64,000 bases of DNA, from contig CM022670.1 of NCBI GenBank assembly GCA_012295275.1, positions 7,006,001 to 7,070,000 of the forward strand, in the 5' to 3' direction. The first letter of the stretch is position 1, and each line of letters opens with the position of its first letter. Source of the stretch: Chrysomallon squamiferum (taxonomy: Eukaryota > Animalia > Mollusca). Of the stretch, positions 1-11,210 are shown one piece after another. The notes beneath the pieces are model-generated. The model did not search any database. It was not told where the DNA came from and saw only the letters and a program-made list of their open reading frames with translations. Made by a program: the position numbers and the translations under genes.

Positions 1-1788
1 AATAGGATTATGTAACTGATGCTAGTAGGCTAATGAAAAATGACCTTTGGACTTCACTGTATGAAACCTTTGTTTACATTTTTACATCGCAGTAATAGTT
101 ACAGTAGACTGACAGATCAGTGAAAATATTGAACAAAGGTAACAGAAATGTTCTTCTTTTTTCAAGTGCAAAGGCCTAAGATAATTCTACCTGTTTTTGT
201 TCTTTTTTCATCTCAAAATTTTCATTCATTTATTGTGTAAATATTTAACACATTATAATTTATAGTGTTATTACTGTTTTAATGTTTACACTTTACAGTA
301 ACAGTGATTACTTATTTCTGCCCTCGACTTTCACTTTGATAATCATATTGAAAAGAACATTTTTATTTTCATTCTCTTCTAGCCATAATTGTGTTAATAT
401 TAATTTGTTCTGGGTTTTTTTCTTGTTTTTTGTTTTACAAATGGCGTTTGCTTTTTAATTTATTCGTTTTATTTTTATTTATTTTGGGTGTGTGCATTGT
501 AATTCAGAAGATGTTAACGAAGTGATAATAAAATATGTTAATTTACTGCTAAATCTTTTTCTTGTCATAATCTCCATTACTTTTTCTTTCTTTCTTTTTT
601 TTTTTTTTTTATTTTTTTTTTTTTTTTTTTTTTTTTTATTTTTTGTCATTTTGTATTTTATCTTCTTTTCCTTCCATTTTTATTTTATTTATTTATTTTA
701 TTATTATTTTTTTTTTTGATATTATTTTTTGATTGTTGTTTCAAGGATCAGAAACTAAAATGCTAGAAAACTAAAATTATTTCATTATTCATGTTTTATA
801 CAAGTGATGGTGACAACAACTGTTTTTGTAATTGTCAAATGACAAGCTAAAAATAGAACTGAACTAATAGCCTGACTTCAATGTCTGGTCTAGAGGACAT
901 ATTTTCTGATGTAATAATCTGCACATGATCTGCACAAATCAAGTTAATCCTGTTATATTGTAGATACGCCATGAACTAAATAAACTGTATAAGAATTAAC
1001 TTATTAACCAACTGCTTTGTTGTATGAATACAAAAAGTAACATTATCTACAAGGTTTCTAAAGAATTAACAGATATAATTTAAATAGGTCATAAATCTGA
1101 GAAATATTAGATATACATGTAAGTATGTATGTAAGTTATATAAGTAGGGTGTAGATTTATCATCAAACTAGAGAAATAATTTAAGCTATATGGATATAAA
1201 TCTGGTTGGTATTGTTTAAACTGTTTTAAAACATTCCATGAAAGAAAATTATCAAAAATTTAGACTATGTATGTACAGAAAATGAGTACATTCTGTATTT
1301 GTTATTGCAAATTCAAATTTAAATATTTAATAAGATTGTCAGTACATATAAAAAATTGTGAATTGTATTTTGTTTCCATACAGTTCATTATTTATTACTA
1401 ATTCTTTATATTTTTATCTTTTCTACTTCTTATTTTTCATAATTTATTTTTACTATTATTATTATTATTTAATTATTTATTTATTTCCTCTCTTTTTTTC
1501 AGCATTGAAATGCATATTTGCTTATTTCTCTATACATTTTAATATTAAGAATTAAGTCTTTTGTGTTAAGATAATGATAGTGAAAACAGATTTGTTAGCA
1601 TCACATTGTAATTTGTTTGTTCTTTATTCACAGCAAGGAATTTTTATGTGAACTTCACAAAAGGAAAATCCATACAACACTATTTGATTCTTATTTATTT
1701 ATAAATTTACTTTTATTTATATTTTAGGTTTGTGTTTGTACTTGTATTTGTTTTATTTATTTTTTTCAGATCTCTCTTGACTGGAAAC

Positions 1789-1889
1789 ATGGTTGTTACC
1801 AGTCAGTTGTTTGACTCATTCAAGAAGGCTCTGGTTGTCGTGGGAACAGCCTTGCTTGTCTTTATCGCTGCCAGAAATTCTATTACATG
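1789..1889 (+). CDS. FAXDC2: FAXDC2 (fatty acid hydroxylase domain-containing 2) coding exon 1
   Basis: Acceptor ttttttcAG (1768-69), then ATG 1789; reads MVVTSQLFDSFKKALVVVGTALLVFIAARNSIT-TG|gtaaat, matching the FAXDC2 N-terminus (..NSVTWHLQRFWGASG..). Not in the ORF track in this frame. A 5'UTR exon must lie further upstream. Confidence 0.88.
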
Positions 1890-2123
1890 GTAAATATGTT
1901 ATAACATTTTGTCATAATGATATCTCATGTTACATTTTCAGTACATATCTCTTTCCTTATTTATTTTTATATCAGCTTACTACTTTATTGTTGTTGTTGT
2001 TGTTGTTGGTCCATATTTCTGTTTGTCAGTAACACCATACTGCATGTACACTTAAGTAAACATAATTATGTGTTTTAATAAATGTTATTTACATAAAGAG
2101 ACTAAAATACATTTATATTACAG

Positions 2124-2227
2124 GCATGTTCAGAGATTCTGGGGAGCTTCAGGCAGTTTTTGGCAGGCTCAGTGGGAGAATGTCTATCTTCTATTTGGAA
2201 AAGATGACATGCTCATTGGAATTTTAG
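2124..2227 (+). CDS. FAXDC2: FAXDC2 coding exon 2
   Basis: tacAG|G CAT GTT..; (W)HVQRFWGASGSFWQAQWENVYLLFGKDDMLIGIL-G|gtacaa; HxQRFWGASGxFWQAQWE is characteristic of FAXDC2; phases fit both neighbours. Confidence 0.93.
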
Positions 2228-2457
2228 GTACAATTAATTTTAATATTATTAATCTTTTTTTTTTTTTTTGTTTTTTGTTTGTTTGTGTGTATGTATTTTT
2301 GATAATTTTATTTCTTTGACTTCTATTTTTATGCTTTGGAGAACGTGCTTAGGTATGAAATGATTTTTGAAATATTGTAGAAAGTATTCATTGTTTAATA
2401 TTCAAAAGGATGGTTACAATCCTTTTATCTGTATGAATTATCTCCCTTTGATTACAA

Positions 2458-2493
<36 letters not shown>

Positions 2494-2560
2494 TTTTTCT
2501 ATTTTGTAAATTATTTAAATCTTTTGGCTTATTTCATTTGTAATGCTTTGTTTTAAATTT

Positions 2561-2591
<31 letters not shown>

Positions 2592-2605
2592 TACTTTTTC
2601 TGTAG

Positions 2606-2727
2606 GAACTTTCATTGTGACCAACCTGGTGTTTTGGCTGTTCAACATCTTACTGATTGGATTGGATGTCACTGGTTGGCCGGCATTTCTCAAGTGTTAC
2701 AAAATACAACCAGAAAAGAATAATCCT
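2606..2727 (+). CDS. FAXDC2: FAXDC2 coding exon 3
   Basis: ttttctgtAG|GA ACT..; (G)TFIVTNLVFWLFNILLIGLDVTGWPAFLKCYKIQPEKNNP|gtacag; contains the family DxTG and YKIQ motifs; the donor is weak but phase 0 fits exon 4. Confidence 0.9.
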
Positions 2728-3207
2728 GTACAGCCATTTTCCTTTTTATTATCATATACACACAATTTATCTTATCTTTTTTAAAATGTAAGACAGTCTA
2801 CAACCAAGTAAAAAACAAACACAGCAAACTTTAGATGTATGTCTAGTATTGTTTTATCTTAACTCTCCTATAAAAAAATTCACTCAAATGTTTTTTCATA
2901 AATTGACAGTTTGTTTATGATTATTTATCACTGAATGATTCAAGTTGTGTTTATTAACTATAGTTATAACTGTGAACTTTGAAAGAGTCTGCAGCACATA
3001 CCTTAAACAAACCAGAATTCCAAAGTTATATTCTAAAATATTATTTTCTATTTTATTTTATTTCATTTCATTTCATTTTATCTTATTTTTTTATTATTTA
3101 TATAATTATTTTTTTATTTATTTAACCTTTTATTTATTGTATTTTTTTTATTTTCTGTTTTTCTTTTTTTTCTTTTGGTTTATATATATTTTAATATTTT
3201 TCTACAG

Positions 3208-3413
3208 TTAACCAGAGCAGACCTACTGCGAGTTATTTACAGAGTATCATTCAACAACCTGTTTCTCAGTGGTCCTCTGATGGGTTTCATGTACTGGACA
3301 TACAAACTACGAGGCTGTGACTTTGGTGGGGAGCTGCCCACTTTCCACTGGGTACTGCTTGAACTCACCATCTTCACCATGGTGGAAGAAGTGGCCTTCT
3401 ACTACTCACACAG
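3208..3413 (+). CDS. FAXDC2: FAXDC2 coding exon 4
   Basis: ctacAG|TTA; LTRADLLRV...ELPTFHWVLLELTIFTMVEEVAFYYSH-AG|gtatat; start of the first His box of the fatty acid hydroxylase/sterol desaturase fold. Confidence 0.95.
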
Positions 3414-3600
3414 GTATATGTAATTACTTAACTCAGGTTAGTAAATAGAGATAAAAAGTAGGTAAATGTAATCATTCAGATAGTATTATTCATATGCAGT
3501 TGCTTCTCTAATGGAGAAAAAAAATATGTAGTGTCTACAGTTATAATTGTATTATCTTTTATTAATATTATAGTATTTAATGTATTTTATTTTTATTTTA

Positions 3601-3851
3601 TTTTAGTTTTAGTTTTTTTTTTGTTTTTGTTTAGTTTAGTTTATTTTAGTTTTAATTTAGTTTTAGTTTAGTTTAGTTTAGTTTAGTTTAGTTTAGTTTA
3701 GTTTAGTTTAGTTTAGTTTAGTTTAGTTTAGTTTAGTTTAGTTTAGTTTAGTTTAGTTTAGTTTAGTTTAGTTTAGTTTAGTTTAGTTTTAGTTTAGTTT
3801 AGTTTAGTTTAGTTTAGTTTAGTTTAGAGTCATTTAGTTTAGTTTAGTTTA
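3601..3851. repeat. (GTTTA)n pentanucleotide microsatellite in FAXDC2 intron 4
   Basis: Long run of gttta units with ttttag variants at the edges. Confidence 0.95.
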
Positions 3852-3956
3852 TTTCATTTTTTTAAATTTCTTATTATACATATACATCATATATTTTCTT
3901 TATTATTGATCATTCACATATACTTTAAATATTCTAATTAATTTTCCATTCAACAG

Positions 3957-4229
3957 ATTGTTTCACCACCCCAAGCTGTACAAACACATACACAAAATCC
4001 ATCATGAATACACAGCTCCGTTTGGCCTTGTCTCCGTCTACGCTCACCCTCTGGAGCACATCATAGCCAATCTGATTCCTCCAATGCTGGGACCGCTCAT
4101 CATGGGCTCACACCTTGCGACAGCGTGGATGTGGTTTAGTCTCGCCCTGATGTCTACCACTGTGTCTCACTGCGGCTACCACTTTCCCTTCCTGCCTTCA
4201 CCTGAAGCTCATGACTTCCACCATCACAA
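3957..4229 (+). CDS. FAXDC2: FAXDC2 coding exon 5 (His boxes)
   Basis: caacAG|A TTG; (R)LFHHPKLYKHIHKIHHEYTAP..YAHPLEH..SHCGYHFPFLPSPEAHDFHHH-AA|gtaagt; HxxxH and HxxHH di-metal boxes. Confidence 0.97.
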
Positions 4230-4322
4230 GTAAGTTCATATCTGATTTCGTTTTTGGTTCATCCAGCTTTATTATTTTCTAGTTGAAGGGTTCTTCAGGA
4301 GGTGATGGCATTATGATTATTT

Positions 4323-4517
4323 TTATTCATGCCCATCTTCCCTTCTGTGAAGTAGGTCTTTGACAACATCTGTACAGAGTTGTCTGTCCTAAGCTTTCAT
4401 TTCCAGCTGCCTGTTTTTTTTTAATGTCCACTTTGAGGTCTCTTCACCACACATTCCTTAGACATCCTTTTTTTTTCTCTGCCTTGTGGATTCCATGTCT
4501 GGTTATAGATGATGCTG
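4323..4517 (-). mobile_element. Degenerate 3' fragment of an RTE-clade non-LTR retrotransposon in FAXDC2 intron 5
   Basis: Minus-strand reading through frameshifts and stops: TWNPQGREKK/GCLRNVW*RDLKVDI..GSW../A*DRQLCTDVVKDL..GHE*. This resembles the RTE ORF C-terminal motif WNPQGKRKRGRPRNTWRRD...AQDR. Confidence 0.65.
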
Positions 4518-4774
4518 ACATATAGTCTAAATATTTTATATACTTTTTTGGTTTGTGACAAGACTATGAAGTACTTATATTTATTCAGTAATGTCTCTTA
4601 TTTTTTTTTCTTTATTTTTTTTTCACACACCTTTTTCTTAATATATCTGATACCTCTGTTTGGCCTGAGATTATTATAATCAAGATTGCCGACTATATTA
4701 AGAATTTTCTTTACTATCTGTCTTAGACTATCCGAGTTCTGCAAGCTGAGATGATTTATTTTATTTTCTCTCAG

Positions 4775-4934
4775 ATTTAATCAGAACTATGGAGTTCTCG
4801 GAGTTCTTGATCGTCTTCACGGAACCGACAACCAGTTCCGCAACTCTCCCGCCTACCAGCGACACTTCCTCCTCATCGGCCTCAGTCCAGTCACGCAGCA
4901 GTATCCAGACTCTCCAAAGAAGAAACCTGAATAA
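4775..4934 (+). CDS. FAXDC2: FAXDC2 last coding exon
   Basis: ctctcAG|A TTT; (K)FNQNYGVLGVLDRLHGTDNQFRNSPAYQRHFLLIGLSPVTQQYPDSPKKKPE*, TAA at 4932-34. Spliced CDS totals 966 nt = 321 aa, in frame. Confidence 0.95.
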
Positions 4935-5191
4935 ACAGACAGCGCCTTCCAAACACAAGATGTACCATCAGTGTTTAATTGTCAGACAGGATAACAAAAT
5001 TAATCTGGTTTATATACGCATACAGTGTAACTTCCGATATCTAACAAGAATTGATCTGCCTTTTTAAATTTTATTTTTATTTTCTGAATATTTTTGTCAT
5101 TTATTTTTGCCGATTTGTACTCATAATACAGTATTTTTATTGTGTGATTTGATGGTATCACACATGTCACTAATGATCATTATTATTATTA

Positions 5192-5251
<60 letters not shown>

Positions 5252-6508
5252 CCAACATTATTGGAAAGTGTATTTCCCATTACAAGTCACTGACTGTGTC
5301 AATCAGTTAGTTTAAAATGTTAGACAAGAGTTGTATCCCTTTGTTTATGCCTTGCAAGGGTTACTTTTGTTTTGGATTTTGTTGTTGTTGTTACTAAATT
5401 TGTCTAATTCATAAAATTTCTGTTGAATTTCTGTCTTCGGTTCAAGGATTTCATTAAAACTAATATTATTCAATAATATTAGAATATTGTTCTCATAATT
5501 TAATGTTTAATTAAATCCACGTTACATCAAAGAAAAAAGAAAAAATGTACTTGAAATTTTAATTGTTATATTTTCTGTAGAAATTGCAAGTTGTAGGGTA
5601 CAAGTGAGTCCAACAAATCACACAGTGAGAACATTGTGACTGAAAGTAAAATAAATGGTTGTGACAAAATACCTTTTTAATTTTGATGTACATTCCTAAA
5701 ACATTTTTCTTTCCATTTTATGTTCTAGACAATATTTTGGTTTCACCTTATACTTACTTTGGTTTTTGACATTGTGGCTTTTTTACTTTTTTCTTATTGT
5801 AGTTTTACTATTTATTGCTACAATGTCTTCTTTGCCAGTAGATAGATTTAATATGCTATAACGTATTAACAGATTTTTGTTCAAGAGTGACTGAAAAGTT
5901 AACAAATGTTTTTCCCTTATGTTTGTATTATGTAAAACTTTTCATTGTATTTCCTTTAATTCAATTATTAATTTTATGCAGTGGAATTTATTATTATTTT
6001 TTTTAATTTATATAGTTTTTTTTCAGGTACAGACAAAAAATATTTAAAACACAAAATAGTTTGATGAAACAGCCACAGTATAAATATAATCAAAGAAACA
6101 TCTGAAACAAATTAAAATTCTATGGTCTTTTTTCCTTTTTTCCTTCTTTCTTTCTTTGTTTTATTTAAAGATGAGAGGAACATCAAAATAATTTAAACTT
6201 CCAAATATATAATTTATGAGTCTGTCCAGCTGTCTATAATTCATTTTCCTGCAGTGCTGGAAATAAGGCAGCCATTGGAGCTTGTTGGTAACATGTTTTT
6301 ATACCTGAATAAAAGATAGATAATATCTGTTCAGCATAAGATGTTAATAATTATGAGAATGTGGGTATTAAAGGTCAATGTAAATGTAATTTTAGATTTT
6401 CGCAATTTTTTAAATGTTTTGGTAGTTGTGATGATGTTCTAGTCCCACCAAAAGTGCTGGACTGAGTACCTGGTTTTGTGTATCAGTTATTATTTATTTA
6501 TAATTTAC

Positions 6509-6539
<31 letters not shown>

Positions 6540-8859
6540 TACTTATTCATTCTTTTTTAAAACATATTTGTTATTCCTTTTTGGCTTTGCTTTTGGCTTA
6601 ATTACTATTTATACTTTTGCACTTTGAGTGGTATTTGGATATGAAAAAGAAAATAAAAACATTTTAAGCAACTGAGAAGTAATTATTTACAATATTTTGC
6701 TTTATTTCTACATGTACATATGTTCTTAATGTTTACTAAAGTAGCTTTTAGTCCCAGTTGACAGTTTGTAATGATATGCTCTACACTGAATGGCAGAGGT
6801 CTTTTTTTGTGTGTTTTTTTTTTTATTTTCTCAAATGAGTTTTTGTTTCATTTTTTTAAATTCTTGCATATAAGTTTGATTTTATAGCATCAGATTCTGT
6901 TATCATAGAAGAATTTTAATGAATGACAAAATACATTTTTAGTATTGCTAAGCTTTTTAAATCTTGGTAAGGCAGTGTATTCTGTGAACTAGCAATTTTT
7001 TTACCAGTTTATCTTAAATTTGCCATCACTGTAGAGTATATTCACCATGTTGGACATTTTTTGTGATTTGTTATTAATTCATAATAGTTGTGTTAACTGA
7101 TAATTCAGTTGTTATTGGTTATTTCCTATATTTCTGTTCTATTGCAAGTTCTTAATTAATTCTGCCTTATATTATATGTAAATGTTTTATACTATATAAA
7201 CAAATAGTTGGTAGATGTAAAAGTTAGCAAAGGTATCCAAAATACCAGTATTAAAATATTAAACATAAATTACTACAAAGTTTAGATTTAAATAATGGCA
7301 TTTTAATATTTCTAGCAAAATATTAAATTTCAAAAATAAAAAAAAATAATGTGCTTTGCGTAATGTCGAAATTAGCTGTATTAAAACTGTTTGACCTTGC
7401 TAATCTTTAATGCTGCCATTTTGGCATTGGTATGGATTTTGCTAATTTTAAAGCAGAGTGATTTCCATTTCTCTTTTCTGATTTTAGTCCTCTAAAGTTC
7501 TGTGTAGGTACATTAGTGAGTGAAATGAGTGTTTGCATCTATATGTGTATATATATATAGATATTTGTTTTTCCATTGTGATAGTCCAGTTTCCAAGTCT
7601 AGTTGGATGGAGTAGTCTCGTTTGTTTGGAAAGTTGAATGGTTGGTTGTATCGAATAATCTCATAGGGCTGTTGTATCAAACCTTTTTTTTTCACTGGTT
7701 TGATACAGTTATGTTGCAGACGACATGAATTCATCCAAGCACATCAATGCAATTTCTTCTCTTTTTATTTAGTTGTATTATAATTATTGTAAACATACAC
7801 ATTTACTTTTACTGTTTTATATTGTTGCATTTTTTTTTTTTTCATATACACATAATTATATCCATGTTAGTAATTGTTGTTTTGGGATTTTGTGAAGAAC
7901 AAGAATTAGTATTGTCTTCAATGATAAATTAATAATAATTAGTAAAATAAGAGAATAAATTTTGTATTCATTGATAAATAAACAAAATAAACTGATTTAT
8001 AATTTTAAATTTGATTATAAACTGGAAAAAAGATTTCTTCACTTACATAAGTCTTTTTCAGATAATGATTGAAAATAGGTAAATTCTATCTCCTGCCCTT
8101 TTGACTAAAACTTAAAAAAAATTAAAGTCAGTATAATTAAGTTTAAATTTAAAAAAAAAAAAATTATTCAGTTTCAGTTTTTAAAAATGAATCTCTGGAA
8201 GCAATGATCTTTAAAATTTGATTTGTCATGAATTTATTTTCTAAATTCCAGAAAGATCTTTTCATTTTATTTATATATATATGTATGTATGTCAGGCTGG
8301 ATTCAGAATTTGAGAAAAGCAGTGAATATTGTTGATCTAATTGGTATAACTTACAGAAAGAAATTAATTATATAGAGAGTGAAAAAAAATATATATCAGC
8401 AATGGCCAGTTAAATTGTAAGGTGGCAGGAACTGAGAATTGCCTAACACTCATTAATCCGCATACAGAGATGGAAAAGAAAGATGCTAAATTTTAAGATG
8501 TTGCTGTAGAAATATGGCAGTGAAATAGGTTTTTTTTATATAGTTTAACAGAATATATCTACTTTTTGTATGATTACATTTTGTCAGATAATTGTCAGGT
8601 AATCTATTTTTATCTTTATTTTATATCTATGTGCATGTTATTTCAACAAAGCACGCACCTACAAAAGCAAGTACTTAAAATAAACTTTGACTCCAGTGAT
8701 ATTTGTCCCAAATGTCTAATTTTGGCTCACATTTTGAATTTACTTGTAGCATTAGAATTTTTACAGCCTTTAATTTTCATCTGTTTAAATACACAATAAG
8801 GAAAAAGCTGATAACCCTATTATTTTGTGAAATCTAGTGATGTTTGCATTGTTTTGCTG

Positions 8860-8872
8860 AATAAAAAATAAA
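8860..8872 (+). terminator. Tandem AATAAA poly(A) signals, candidate distal 3' end of FAXDC2
   Basis: AATAAA at 8860 and 8867, followed by a GT/T-rich tract (gttttgtttattt); coincides with the end of the CpG-depleted domain. Confidence 0.45.
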
Positions 8873-8976
8873 CGAATGTTACACGTTTTGTTTATTTATA
8901 TCATTTTTAGGTTTTATTATTACTATTTTTAAAAATTTTGAAAATAATAATATAAAAATTATATATATATTTTTTA

Positions 8977-9021
<45 letters not shown>

Positions 9022-9664
9022 TTTATTTATGTTTTTATTTAAAATGAATCTATTGACTGTTCCTTTTTAGGAAATTTTGAGATGTTACACAGAAATGATG
9101 CTCTCGCCATTGAGGCCTGCACTTAGTGTCGAGGAATATTACATGCTTTGTTTCTTTGTTTATCCGTTAAAACTAATAATAAGTATTCCATATTAAACGA
9201 TTTAATATTTGTGATTCTTTTTTTGTACCTTCATATTAAAACATGAAGTATGTCGAGAAAAGAAAAAACGAGAAAGAAAAAAAATCTTTTCATTTGACAA
9301 TCAAGAGAGAGGGAAAAAAAAAAAAACATCTGCCGTAAAATTACTACATCAGAATATTTCCCTCGCCAGTTTACTGGATTAACAGATTAAAGTGAGCGAA
9401 GAGTAACAGGGCGAGGACAATGTAAATAATAACCACATTTAATTAGAAAGCGAGAAAACTGAGGAAATTAAGGTTTAAGATGAAATACACACCGTACTTA
9501 AATCTTCTGTATTTCCGTGGTACTTATAATTTCATAACCTTTTGTTATCATGTTTTTGATAATGCAAACTAGTGTATCATTCAAACCTATGGTTTTCTTA
9601 ATTATTTATTTTATTTTTTTAATTTACCATAATTATTGTTCTGTTTTATTTGTTTATTTATTTT

Positions 9665-9665
<1 letters not shown>

Positions 9666-9742
<77 letters not shown>
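9666..9742. repeat. (CT)n(GT)n compound microsatellite
   Basis: Direct reading. Confidence 0.95.
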
Positions 9743-10530
9743 CGTTGTCTTTTGCATATGTGAGATCAACAGCATACACAAAATATTAACCTCAGTAAAT
9801 CCTTACCAACATGTTACAATAATGTCATTATTCCTTATTTATTACAATGAACATGAACACGTACATTCACTTTGAGATCTACAAAAATGAAACGGTTAGC
9901 TCAAAACTGTAAATCAATTCAGAAATAGCTGAAGATATTGAGAATGTATTGATTAATTAAGAAACAAAATTAAATTAAATTTCGTTTTCCTGTGAAGACG
10001 CGAAATATAAAAATAAAATAAGAACAATGGCGTGCGTTTAAAAATGCAAGCCCTAAATAAATGTCACGGCCACAGCAAATGATTAAATCCCAAACTCTCA
10101 TCCGTAATAGTTGTGGTGAAACTGACTATATCTTGGACATGAGCATTTTAATATTAGTTTATGAATTTTCAGTGTATTTCACTTGGTTTCAATATATCAA
10201 TATAAATAAAAAAAATAAGTGTTATTGACACGAGCATGATTAAAATGTTATGTTTATAAAATACATCCCAATTATGTCTGCATTTTATATGTTCAAGAAA
10301 GCAGTATGTTTTAGTTTTGGGTAAAAAAAAAAAAAATTAAAAAATGTAATCGTTTCGTATAAAACTCGACAAGGTTAGATCAAATTGCTTGAAAATAAAA
10401 ATTCACTTTTTGGTAAATAAATTATGTATGGGGCGATTTATATCGTTTTATTCTTCTTTCTTTCTTTTCTTTTTTTCCCCCCTTAATTTTGTTCATTATG
10501 GCAGTGTCATTTCAAGCTGATTATTTTATG

Positions 10531-10976
10531 CTAAGTATGGAATTTCTCCGTGTCTTTTTGAACCACACAAATTCCATTTTCTGATTTAAACGAATCCGGA
10601 TCGAGTTTCTGAACAACCGAATCACTGACGGCGGTGTTTTGTGTACGAATATTTTCTTCATTTGGAGATTTTGAAATTTTCACATTTTCCTCATTTTCTA
10701 TGGCGACCGAATCAGACGGAATTTCAGGTGTGGATTTATCCGCCGTTCGCGGTCCGGGTCTTCGTTTCGCTTCGTCTTTCTTCCATTTCATTCTGCGATT
10801 TTGAAACCAAATTTTGATATGTCTCTCAGTTAGATTAAGCATGGCAGCAAGTTCTATACGTCTCGGTCGCGAGATATACTTGTTAAAATGAAATTCTTTT
10901 TCCAGTTCCAATAACTGTCCTCTTGTGTACGCTGTTCGCGTTCTTTTGTTTTCGTCTTCCAACGGAAACTGCGCTC
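10531..10976 (-). CDS. Xlox: Xlox/Pdx exon 2 (homeobox)
   Basis: Minus acceptor ttttAG|GA GCG CAG; (G)[66 protein letters not shown]; the His in TERHIKIWF and [10 protein letters not shown] are diagnostic of Xlox/Pdx; stop TAG at 10533-10531. Confidence 0.97.
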
Positions 10977-11078
10977 CTAAAACGAAATAAATGTTACAAT
11001 TATAATTAATAAAATAATCTGTTCTGAGCATTCAATTTTTAGTTTTTTCTCTAGAAATAATTAACTTCGATTTGCTTT

Positions 11079-11109
<31 letters not shown>

Positions 11110-11164
11110 ATTATTATTATTTTTTTTTTTATATATTATTTTATTATTATTATTTTTTTTTTAA

Positions 11165-11210
<46 letters not shown>

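Noticed and set aside
492-1555. Hydrophobic F/L/I/Y-rich ORFs here and throughout (e.g. 19807, 23246, 40605, 41360, 48932, 50825, 59573)
   Set aside because: Translations of polyT, (TTA)n, (TTTG)n and (TCTA)n tracts; no codon complexity or splice support.
4761-5067. ORFs 4761..4958(-) and 4789..5067(+)
   Set aside because: Alternative frames overlapping the real FAXDC2 last exon.
8293-8466. Possible MITE with termini caggctggattca..taatccgcatacag
   Set aside because: Inverted-repeat match too degenerate, with no clear target-site duplication.
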